Assembly: GCF_001194135.2 (NCBI RefSeq) | Contig: NC_068999.1 | Location: forward strand, 16,689,608-16,753,309 | Direction: 5' to 3' | DNA: 63,702 nt | Source: Octopus bimaculoides | Taxonomy: Eukaryota | In this document: positions 52,603 through 63,702 of the stretch, one piece after another | How positions within the stretch are numbered: the stretch's first letter is position 1 | How the letters are laid out: the number at the start of each line of letters is the position of its first letter | Program-made: the position numbers and the translations under genes | The notes under the pieces: model-generated | The model's database searches: none | What the model saw: only the letters and a program-made list of their open reading frames with translations | Told to the model about the DNA's origin: nothing

Positions 52603-53028
52603 AGGCGGTGAGGTGGCACGCCGGGCGAAATGTTTAGTTGTATTACGTCTACCGTTACGTTCTGAGTTCAAATTCCGCCGAAGTCGACTTTGCCTTTCAT
52701 CCTTTCGGGATCGTTAAATTAAGTACCAGTTACGCACTGGGGTCGATGTAATCGACTTAATTAATCCCTTTGTCTGTCCTTGTTTGTCCCCTCTATCTTT
52801 AGTCCTTTGTGGGCAATAAAGAAATAAGAAACGTTCGCACGTCGAGCGAAATGCTTAGCGGTATTTCGTCTGTCTTTACGTTCTCAGTTCAAATTCCGTA
52901 GATGTCGACTTTACCTTTCATTCTTTCGTGGTCGATAAATTAAGTACCGATAGCGTATTGAGTTCGATCTAATCGACTGGCACCCTCCCCGCAAAATTTC
53001 GGGCGTTGTGTCTAGAGTAGAAAAGAAT
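52603..53028 (+). mobile_element. Dimeric SINE family A copy (two monomers, 52603-52829 and 52830-53028)
   Basis: Two tandem monomers, each with ..GCGAAATG(C/T)TTAG..TTACGTTCT(G/C)AGTTCAAATTCCG..GTCGACTTT..CCTTTCAT..CTTTCG..TAAATTAAGTACC. Directly alignable to 7701-7915. Confidence 0.92.
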
Positions 53029-53052
53029 AAGTAGTAATATTAATAAAATAGT

Positions 53053-54188
53053 AAGACAGAATCGTCAGCAAACCGGAGGAAAAGCTTAGCGGTATTTCGT
53101 TCGCCTATACTTTAGGAGTTCAAATTCTGCTGAGGTCGACTTTGTCTTTTACCCTTTCGTTATGGATAAAATAAGTATCAGTTAAGCATTACAGCTGATA
53201 TAATGGACCTATTCTTTTTGGCACAACTTCCTGGCCTTGTACAAAAAGATTGAAACCAATATCAATAAAAGTAGTAAGGCAGCGAGGTCTCAGAATGGTT
53301 AACACATTCGACAAAATGCTTGAAGGCGTTTCGATCGTCTTTACGTTCGGAGTTGAATTTCCGTCGCGTTGGACTTCGCTTTTCAGCCTTTCGGGGTCAA
53401 TGAATTAAGAACATGTTGAGCACTGAGGTCAATGTAAACAATTTCCTCATCCCTCAAAATTTCTAGCATTGTGCTAAAATTAAAAAAAGAATATTGCTAA
53501 AAGTGTTATTAATATTTTTATCAACAAAAACAGTCTCAACAATAGCTGTTATTAATGAAGAATTCATCACAGTAGTAGGATTGGTAATAGCAGTATTGTC
53601 AGAATCATAGAGCGTCGGAAAGTATTTCTGTCGTTCCCCCCTATTCCTTATTTTTAGAATTCAGTTCTCCTAGGGTCAAATTTGCATTTCCTTTCTCCGG
53701 AATCGATAAAATAAGACACCTGTTGATAACGATGGTATTGGTTACTTTCTGCTTTCAAAGTTGCTGATGGTTTGCCTTAACCAGAAGACATTGTAAAATA
53801 GCGGCAAGTGGACTGAACTTAAAATCTCAGGAGAAATATTTGCAGACTTTTTTCGGTTTTCGCTTTCTGTGTTAACATCCATCCAAGGTCAAATTTACTT
53901 TACCTTTTTTGAATTTGATAGAATAAATTACTAGTCAAATACTGGAAACAATGTTATCGACTATCTCCTCCTCTCAAAAAACTATACAATTTAAGGTGAG
54001 CTGGCAGAATTGTTAGAACAGTTGAAAAATGCTTTGCAGTTTTGTTCGGTGTTCAAATACCATCGAGATCAAGTTTATATTTCCGGCTTTCGAGGTATGA
54101 TAAGATAAAGTAGCAATCAAAGTACAGGGGTCGCTGTAATCAACTCCTACTCAAAACTGTTGGTCTTCTGTCTAACTGTCAAAACATT
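53053..54188 (+). mobile_element. Five further, more diverged family A SINE monomers in head-to-tail array (about 53053-53260, 53277-53495, 53597-53792, 53796-53987, 53994-54188)
   Basis: Each unit repeats the order head (GCAGAAT), B-box-like GTTCAAAT, GGTC(G/A)A..TTT..CTTT, GATAAA..AAGTA, tail AAAATT..GCC/TTGTG. Several units are separated by (AGT/AAT)-rich spacers. Boundaries approximate. Confidence 0.75.
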
Positions 54189-54216
54189 ATTATTATCTTG
54201 TTGTTGTTGTTGTTTC

Positions 54217-54253
<37 letters not shown>

Positions 54254-54684
54254 ATAGCAACAGCAGCAGCAGTAGTAGTAGAGGAGAATGATGTTTACTG
54301 TTGTTGGTGGTAATAGTCATGTGATGTTGATGTGGCAGTTTCGATAGAAATATTGTAGTAATGCATTTATGTCAATCCTAAATACAAAACCGTACAAACA
54401 AAAAGCTAATGTATCAAGGCCATACTATATACTTAATGTGATTGATTGCAAGCTTATTTATTTATGTATCTTTTTCTTGGATATAGTTAACACTTGTCTC
54501 ATTGCTTACACACAGAAATGTTCCCCGAAACAAATTATTTAAATTCTAACTAGTCTGCTTTAGTTCTTTGCGCAAATTAACAATGATCGATGAGAATATA
54601 TCATGTATGTATATATTCTGTATCTATGAATAAGTATATATCTAAATAAATACATATATGGGTGTGTATATATTTGTGTGTACA

Positions 54685-54810
<126 letters not shown>

Positions 54811-54989
54811 CAAATATAAATATCGTAAACAACTTTTCTTAGCATATGATTAATAAACATATCGTTCATCGCGCAGAGAAACATACATCAGTCATAAACC
54901 ACAGCGCTGCTAAACACCCAAACACGAGACTTATATAAGCAATAAACTTTTCTCGACTTAACTTCTACTAAGCCTACTTCCAAGAGGCG

Positions 54990-55097
54990 GTAATGCAGTC
55001 GATGGACTGGTGTCCTGTCCAGCTAGGGGGAACACATACGCCACAGAAACCGGGAAACCGGGCCCATGAACCTGACGGCTTTAAATGGGCGCATAAT
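54990..55097 (+). mobile_element. SINE body/tail fragment, V-domain-like
   Basis: GATGGACTGGTGTCCTGTCCAGCTAGGGGGAACACATACGCCACAGAAACCGGGAAACCGGGCCCATG, alignable to the reverse complement of 62596-62684. The V-SINE label is from recall of the GATGGACTGGCG.CC.GTCCAG core. Confidence 0.75.
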
Positions 55098-55110
55098 AAA
55101 TAAAATATAC

Positions 55111-55142
<32 letters not shown>

Positions 55143-55193
55143 ATTATGTATATGTATACATAGAGAGGGAGGAGAGAGAGAAAGGGAGATAGT

Positions 55194-55232
<39 letters not shown>

Positions 55233-55350
55233 ACAAATATGTGTGTGTACGTGTGTATGGATGTGGTTCTGGGCAAACTGGTATGTATATAAGAATAGTT
55301 TTCGAAGGAAGAATTTTGTATATTTGTAATGTAACGTTATGAAGTGCATT

Positions 55351-55570
55351 AAGGCGGCGAGCAGGCAGAATCGTTAACTCGCCGCGCAAAAGGCATAACG
55401 GTATTTCGTCTGTCTTTACGTTCTGATTTCAGATTTTGCAGAGTTCAAAATTACCTTTATATCTATCGGGATAAATAAAAGAAGTAGCAGCGGAACACTA
55501 GGATTTATGAAATCTACTTACTCCTCCTCCCGAAATTGCTGACCGTGTGCCAATATTTGAAACCAGTATT
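55351..55570 (+). mobile_element. SINE family A copy
   Basis: AAGGCGGCGAGCAGGCAGAATCGTTAACTCGCCGCGCAAAAGGCATAACGGTATTTCGTCTGTCTTTACGTTCTGA head, and tail CCCGAAATTGCTGACCGTGTGCC. Confidence 0.85.
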
Positions 55571-55631
55571 ATGAAGGGCATTGAAATATTCACCACTACT
55601 ACTCAGTAATTTGTAGTTTCTTCATATACGA

Positions 55632-56860
55632 ACGAGGATGGGTTGATAAGTTCATTGGCTGATTATGAAAGAGTGATGTTAGAGCTGTAGAATCTTGTAA
55701 ACATTTATTTCAGCTCTTAATAACTGCATTGCTTCTCTCCAAGTAAACTGTCATCTGACTAGTTTAGAAGATTCAAATGTAACTAATAGCGAATTCTCTT
55801 GAAAGTAGATAAAATTTGGCACGGCGGTATTAGCATGTACTTGCAGAACAAGTGTTATCCCCCTAAGACATTCAAGCTAGCATCGTACCTGCAGAAAAAG
55901 AGTTTATCCCCCAAAGACATTCATGCTAGCATCGTTGCTACATTCGGGGATGACGCTCCAGTTTTATCAACAGTGCAAAAGTGGGCAGCTGAATTTAGAA
56001 GGGGAAAAAATTCTTGAAGACGGTCCAAGAGCTGGACGTCCTGGAACAGCCACCAACGAAGAAAACATTGATCGTGTTCACCGCATAGTGAAGGATGAAA
56101 AGCGATAGCGAATGCGATTGTCATACCTAGTGAGAGATTTGAGAATATTCTACACTATGTACATGACGAAGAAATGTGCTCGGTGGACGCCACGTCTCCT
56201 GATCAAATGCACACCTGTCTGATCACATCATGAGTGTTGGGTTGATCACGTTGAGCCAGAGACAAAGAGAACCCCATTTCTTCCCGTCATTCCAAAGCAG
56301 CCAAAGTCGTTTCATATGCAGGGAAAGTAATGGCCTCAGTTCTTTGGAATGCAAACGGCATTGTGTTTATCGACTGACAACGAAAAAGCCACACATTCAA
56401 AGGAAAATATTATGACAATTTGCTGAGACAGTTACGAAACACTATGAAGCACAAACACTCAGGAAATCTGGCAAAAGGTATCTTGTTTCATCAGTGCTCC
56501 AACTCACAAGTCCTTGGTTTTAATAACTTCTGTGCCTGACTTCCGCTTTGAACTTGTTGATCAGCTTCTCGATTCTTCTGATTTGGTCCCTCTCTGACTA
56601 CCATCTGTTCCCCAACGTGAAATACTTGGCAGGGGAACACGACACGTATCAAAGTGATGATGGGGTCTTATCTGCTGTTGATAGATATTTTGTCCAGCAG
56701 AATGAAAGCTGCTTCATGAATGGGATCCAAGCGCTGAAACACCGCTGGAAGAAGTGTCTTGGCTGGAAGAGGGTACTATGTAGAACAATAAACCTCATTT
56801 GATCACCTTGGATGAGGTTATTCTATTCAGCCTATGAGGTTTTCAGTCAACCTTCCTAGT
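55632..56860 (+). mobile_element. Degenerate full-length mariner transposon (transposase pseudogene with stops, frameshifts and deletions)
   Basis: Translated pieces: LSPKDIHASIVATFGDDAPVLSTVQKWAAEFRRG, LEDGPRAGRPGTATNEENIDRVH (HTH region), ARWTPRL (WVPxxL linker), DECWV, AGKVMASVLW, SDLVPSDYHLFP (YSPDLAPSD-like), GIQALKHRWKKC. Imperfect TIRs at both ends (ACGAGGATGGGTTGATAAGTTCATTGGCTGA / TCAGCCTATGAGGTTTTCAGTCAACCTTCCTAGT). Confidence 0.95.
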
Positions 56861-56895
56861 TGTATATGTGTGTGTGTGAGCATGTGTGCGTGCGT

Positions 56896-56934
<39 letters not shown>

Positions 56935-56995
56935 NNNNNNNNNNNNNNNNNNNNNNNNNNNNNNNNNNNNNNNNNNNNGTGTGTGTTTGTGTGTG

Positions 56996-57869
56996 TACAT
57001 AGTGAGGCGAATAAATTGCGTAAATTACTCAGAAATGACTATAAGACTGATATCTCATTTTAACAGATATATTTTACCAAAATTACATAAAAATATCATG
57101 AAATGGTAACGAGTAAATTTATTCAATAAAATCGCCAATGACTTCAACCACTGACTCCTTGTTTAAGTTGGTAAATGCTACCATAATCCTGAACTGACTC
57201 CTTGTTTAAGTTGGTAAATGCTACCATAATCCTTGCATTCAGTTCATATTTAGTGTTACAAGGAGTTTTATTGGTCCCTCGTTCAAATGCGCCCTACACA
57301 ATATAATCAAGGGGGTTGCAGTTTGAGGAGTTATATGGTAAGGTGTTAGGATCATGTGGTCGCAGAAATTGTCTGACAGTCATGACTGGGTTCTCCTGCT
57401 TGTATGGCTTGGTGCAGATTCTTGTTTGCCAGATATACGGTCTTCCAGCAGCCACGCTCATGACCCAGGGTAGCACTACCTACTCCATGCACTTGATGAA
57501 GGCGTCTGTTTCGAGTGTGAGTCCGTGTGGGAAGATGAATGGAGGTATAACGTCGCAATCACTAGTGATCACTCCAAACACCATGATGTTGATTGGATGT
57601 TTGATCCTTATCACTCTCGATACATGTCCTCATACTGCACTGTCTTCATATTGACACCCAAACAGTCTGAAATGTTCGCATTGGAGCTTCTGGCGCGAAT
57701 GCCAAGCAGTACATATCGCTTCCAAATTTCTGGCAGAGTGAATTGCGTCACAAACAGTGCCCAACTGACCCTACTACACCCTGTAGTCGACAAAATCTAA
57801 TGCAAACAATGAACATGCGCAAAATGAAAAATATAAAATGGCAGCAATTTACCCATCACATGCTTTATA
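56996..57869 (-). mobile_element. Internally deleted Tc1/mariner element, maT/DD37D-type
   Basis: Minus strand: PEIWKRYVLLGIRARSSNANISDCLGVNMKTVQ; KHPINIMVFGVITSDCDVIPPFIFPHG; LPWVMSVAAGRPYIWQ; NSSNCNPLDY (WPPNSPDCNPLDY-like); TNKTPCNTKYELNARIMVAFTNLNKE..VIGDFIE. Weak terminal inverted similarity (..AATAAATTG / CAATTTACC..). Confidence 0.88.
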
Positions 57870-58299
57870 NNNNNNNNNNATATAGATAGATAGATAGAGA
57901 GAGAGATAGAGAGAAGATATATGTAAATATGGATGTATGCATATATGTATTCGTGTTTGTATGTCTAGATGCGTGTATAATATGCGTGCATATTTGATGA
58001 TAATCAGTATTCTAGTCTATAATTAGGTTTAGAAGCCTAAATACGTTATCTAGTCGATTCACTGAACAGTGTTCGATTCAACATGTAGCGATCGAATATA
58101 CCCTCAGAAGTCGATTTCGCAGATAGCAGCAGTTCACTTCTGAATCACTAAAACTGTCATGCCGAGGTTCGAATCATATATGCATTCATTATTTTATGTT
58201 GCTACTGCTAAGCTAATAATATACCAAAACACATGTCCACACGTGTGTGTATGTGTGTGTTTGTATAATAAATATATACATACATATATATATATATAC

Positions 58300-58331
<32 letters not shown>

Positions 58332-58859
58332 GTGTGTGTGTGTGTACATATATACATACATACATATATATGTATGTACATGTATATATTTTTATGTGTG
58401 TGTGTGTGTGTGTGAGAGAGAGAGTATGTACATATGCCTGTATTTAATTATGTATAAATATTTATATTGAAATATTTGAGCATTTAACGACGAGATATGA
58501 TTTAACAGCAGTGTTCTAACTCTCCCGGTGCGTATCGCTTCTCTTCACATATATCTTTACTCTTCTAAAGAAACCGTCGAGCATCTAAAGATGATTTTAG
58601 CGATGCAGTATAATGCAAATCAGTAGGAATGAAATAATCTTATATATTTCGGGAAAAAAGCGGAAGAAAAGAAAAAGAAAAAAAACATGTTTTCTTTGTG
58701 AGAATTGAAATTTTGTGGCTGTCGAAACGTGTTTATCAAGTTGTTATTTTCTTTCTGCTAACGCAAGCTGACATTCTCACATTTATAAAATTACGCACGC
58801 ACACACACACACACATATGCATATATGTATACGGTCTTATGAATGCATACATATATATG

Positions 58860-59140
<281 letters not shown>

Positions 59141-59438
59141 TGCATTCTTTTGAAATATTTGATACCGAAAAAGAACAATAAAATTATATTTTGTCTAAAC
59201 GGATCTATCATCGATTAGGGATTCCTTTTACGAATTAAGCAGCACCGAGGCCAATTATATGCTATTAGTGAACATCGATATACAGAAAACCGAATTGGAA
59301 AGATGCTGTCGCATTATGACATGTCCTTAGTATAGAAAAATCTATACTAAGCAATACTACAATTGTTAAGAGCAATCGAATATTAAGTATATAGAGATAC
59401 GTAGAAAGGAAGTCAAAAATTATACGTAGCCAGTAAGT

Positions 59439-59475
<37 letters not shown>

Positions 59476-60498
59476 CAATATATAAACCAGAGATTGTGAT
59501 AGAGAGAGTGAGTTAGCTTGTAAACCCAAGAGACATAGAGAGTGAGTATAATAGAAGATGTTTCTTAGATAAAGAGGGTACGAAAGCAGGAAAGGCAGAG
59601 ACACAAGACAAGAGCGTACACAGAAAAGTTTTAAAACATTCGATTTCTCTTTATACGGAAGAAACATTATATTTGATCGCATCATATTGAAATTAGTCAA
59701 TGAATCAATCATTGATTTCTTTGGGTATTTAGTTTGTTTGTTACGTTGGTGGGTAGGTTGGTTTGTTGGCTGGTTGGTTGGTTGGTTGGTTGATTGCTTC
59801 GTTGAATAATCAATTGTCTAATTGACATATCAGCAATTAATTGATTGCTTTATTGACTAATTTACTTATTAGCTATCACTAGATAGATTGGTTTTCACGC
59901 ACCGATACAAAAGATAACAATACATTGCTATACACTGTGAAATTTCTGACTGTTCTATCAATAAACTTTCTACTCTGTGCTGGCTTTAGTCATTAAATAG
60001 CGGCCATAATGGGACACCAAATTCGGAAGATTTAGTCGATATTTTCAACTCCAGTACTTATTGTAGGATGTTACTCATCGCATCAATATTTCTTTGTAGA
60101 AATACCAAGTTGAAACATTAAAAAAAAGACATCATAATCAACACTGATTTTATATACATGTGTCTGCATACGTATATATATATATGTATAAGTATACTGA
60201 AGTTTGCTTTTTCACGCTTGTTTAAGTAAAACAACGGAATATCGCTTTATCTGTTGACGCAATGTTGAGATTAGAAGCAAATTTATTGCGAAGTTCAAGT
60301 TGACAGGGATATTAATATTGGCCTGAAGTCCTAACTGTTGAAAAAACATTTTAGGTGAAACTTGAAGTCACAGTCAAATCCAATCGTACAACATAGGCAC
60401 GCAAATATACACACGCATATATGTCTGTTTGTATGTATATACATACATGTTTATGTATTCATACGTATATATATATATATATATATATNNNNNNNNNN

Positions 60499-60529
<31 letters not shown>

Positions 60530-61861
60530 AGAATTCACCTCGCTATTATTATTTAACATTATCCGGAAGTCTGAAAAGTGAAGTTGAAATCAGCGGCAAG
60601 TGTGTGATTAAGGAATCGGGCAAAATGTTATGACAGTCATTATGATGCTCTTACCACCATACCAATCAAATGCGTATATCTAGTTTACTTTTCCGCTATT
60701 CCAGCAAACTACCTTCGCTCTGCAGATCAATTTACTAACTTTGGAAATATCATATGCTACGAATAGAATAAATATCCGCCACTGACCTTTGAAAATGATA
60801 ATTAAAATATTGCAAATGTTTAACAACAACGCGATATATGACTCATTGATTTTACTCGAAGAAAACTCCATTCTCAAGACAATATTACATTTAGAGGATA
60901 TTTTACTATATCTTGGAGAAGAATGTAGTACTGCGAAAATATAGCAAATTTAGATGTGCACTTTTGTGTTCTAAGTTCAAATCATATGCAGGAATATAAT
61001 GAGCTGGTTGCAGGAAACATGTGCAGGCATATATACATTTCCTCTAAATATCTCGGCTACACGTATGTTATAAACCAATGTTGATGTACAGTATGCGGGG
61101 ATTTTGTAACAGAATCAAAATGTGGTAGTTATTAGTTTGATTGCAACTGTCGACTGCGAAATTTTATGTCCTGCGCTCAAATGCCTGTATCAATAACTAT
61201 AGCAATTATCACTGCGAAATAAGTATTATTTCTCACAGAATTTTTTTTGTTCTTTATTGCCATATTTGGTCTGATTGAAGTGAAACCACTATCGAAGAGC
61301 TCTCAACAGTAACCATCCATTTTTGAGAACTGTATATTATCTTGGACAAGAAAACGTTACTCCATTCGTATGGATAAACTGACTTATCACAATTCTTTCG
61401 GGCTCTTTTACCTCCTGATTCTAAATCACTTAAAGGGCTACTTTGGTTATTGCTCATAAAATATTGTATGAACCCAAGGCGAAGGGTAGACATCCTTATA
61501 CAAAATACATTGTTCAGTTTGTTCCAGTTGTTTACATTACGACCAAATTCGTTACCAAAACTTTTCTATACACAACATTCTCAAATGCAGCAATGTAGAA
61601 ACATAATGGTTTGTAAGAGCAGACGAGTATATATATTCATTTACGCACCTTTCTGTCTATATTACCATTTGTATCTCATTCACCTCACCTTTTACTTCCT
61701 TTACTTCTCTCTATCTTTCATTTTTCTCTGTTTCTTTCTCTCTCTCTATCTATGCGTATAACACACATTATAAATCTATGGATAACAACAGGTGATCAAA
61801 ACTGTGCCGGTGCTTTACTCATCATCTATTTATACATTTTGTAAAATTTCTCCATTTTATC

Positions 61862-61900
<39 letters not shown>

Positions 61901-62009
61901 TGATGTATTATGTATGTATATATATGTATACACACACACACACATACATATATATATATGTATATATATATGTATGTATATATGTATGTATGTATGAACT
62001 GGGTAGCAG

Positions 62010-62385
62010 GTTCGAGTGAGTGGGTCTATAAGAGATGTCGGTTTTAATTTCGTTACTGAAATATTTCATTAAAATATCAAGAAATGGAAGTTTCTCTCTG
62101 CTGTATTCCACCGTGAGTTGGATATTTGAATTTAAACCACTGTGCAATGTTTTAAATTTGAATAGTTTATTAATACTTCCAAAGAATGAAGCAGTCATCC
62201 AGATATCTTTCCAGTTCTCTTTAATGTATTTGTCAAAAGAGCATCATTATTTTCGTAGTGATTCTAGATATAGAGTCAATTTTAATTACCACATTATTAG
62301 ATTGGAAAGAACTGGGGCTGCATTTGTTCCCATAGCAATTCCATTATTGTCGGTAGTATCAAACACGAACTAATTGTTGTGAAGG
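62010..62385 (-). mobile_element. Penelope-like element reverse transcriptase fragment
   Basis: Minus strand GIAMGTNAAPVLSNLIM, ENWK/RYLDDCFILW (catalytic YxDD, 1-nt frameshift), LNSNIQLTVEYSREKLPFLDILM..KTDISYRPTHS. All are motifs of PLE RT domains 5-7. Confidence 0.88.
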
Positions 62386-62595
62386 AAAAAAATTAAGGCT
62401 TCAATTATACATACATATATATATATATATAACTATGTATATCCATGTGTATGTATAGAATTTTACACGCTCATATGCAAAGATTTTTTTATAAATTCAT
62501 ACACTAACATATATAGATATATTTATATTTAAACATTACGTGTTTACGAACGTATATATGAAAGTTTATTTTTTTTTTTATTTATGTACCATTTT

Positions 62596-62893
62596 CAGGC
62601 TCATGGACCCGGTTTCCCGGTGTCTATGGCGTATGTACCCTCCACCCCCAGCTGGACGGGACAACAGTCCATCGCAGCGTTACTAAAAAAAAAAAAAACA
62701 GGAAGAAAGAATGAGAGAAAGTTGGAGGTGAAAGAGTACAACAGGGGTCGCCACCATCCCCTGCCGGAGCCTTCTGGAGCTTTTAGGTGTTTTCGCTCAA
62801 TAAACACACACAGCGCCCGGTCTGGGAATCGAAACCGCAATCCTCCGACCGCGAGTCCACTGCCATAACCACTGGGCAGTGCTTGCGCCTCCA
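62596..62893 (-). mobile_element. tRNA-derived SINE with family B head and a different body (V-domain-like)
   Basis: Minus strand: GGAGGCGCAAGCACTGCCCAGTGGTTATGGCAGTGGACTCGCGGTCGGAGGATTGCGGTTTCGATTCCCAGACCGGGCG, then a T-run, then GCGATGGACTGTTGTCCCGTCCAG..CATACGCC..CCGGGAAACCGGG, which matches 54990-55097. Confidence 0.88.
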
Positions 62894-63605
62894 CATATAT
62901 GAAAGTAAATAAGTGTATATGAAGCGGTCACCATGTGGGCATGTGTTTCAGAAATTAGAAACAAATTATGAAATATATTGTGATCTCCATGTTTGATATT
63001 TCCTGAAATCATCTCTCTTTAGAAAAGTTGTACAACGACTGCGTTTATTCTTTAGTTTCCATACATCGCGTCATATTTATCTTTTGTTATATTGTAGTTA
63101 AATATCGGTTCATTTTACTCTACTTGAAAGCTAATAGAATTATTTCCATGGAGATTTATCTTTAACGTTCTGCTTTGTATAAATTCTTATAAACCAAAAT
63201 ATGTACTGCTTCTTCGCCAATTTGATAAACATTTGATTAATAATTATAATGCCGATTGTTTTCTACATCTCTTGTATGTTATCTGAATTCGTTAGAAGAA
63301 AACATGAAGTGTGATTTCTGTTATTGTTTTAACTAGAGCTTAAAATTTTAAAGTCTTATGGAATCTGTCTAAGTGCTGTTGCCGGAATATATATCAAAAA
63401 GCAAGTAATTGTAGAAGCTACAATATGAATGAATGAATGAATGTATGTATTCTGTGTATCTAACTATGCATGTATCTATGTATATATGTAGATTATATAT
63501 ATATATTTATAGATAGATAATACCTACATATATACATACATACATACATAAATAAATAAGTATATGTGTATATACAGAAAGTGCTATTTTATTATATTTC
63601 ATAAG

Positions 63606-63637
<32 letters not shown>

Positions 63638-63657
63638 TACATATACATGTATATTTA

Positions 63658-63702
<45 letters not shown>
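63658..63702. repeat. (TCTG)n microsatellite running off the window end
   Basis: Direct reading. Confidence 0.97.

Overview
AT-rich, microsatellite-saturated animal genomic DNA from a gapped short-read assembly (7 N-runs). The repeat content points to a cephalopod, probably Octopus (inference, not verified). No complete protein-coding gene can be read, and nearly all ORFs in the supplied track are translations of (AT)n/(AC)n/triplet repeats or N-runs. There is no rRNA, intact tRNA or CRISPR array. Recognisable content is decayed mobile DNA: a mariner, a maT/DD37D-type Tc1/mariner, R4/Dong-like and HERO-like RLE LINE fragments, a Penelope-like RT fragment, and at least three SINE families (one copy with a perfect 17-bp TSD, plus a head-to-tail array of 7 monomers). 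The most interesting signals are two convergent type-I hammerhead-ribozyme-like motifs of the Penelope/retrozyme kind (45595-45730 on +, 46031-46064 on -), three unidentified coding-like islands, and several low-confidence candidate exons, including a 36-nt microexon folded into a perfect 12-bp hairpin.
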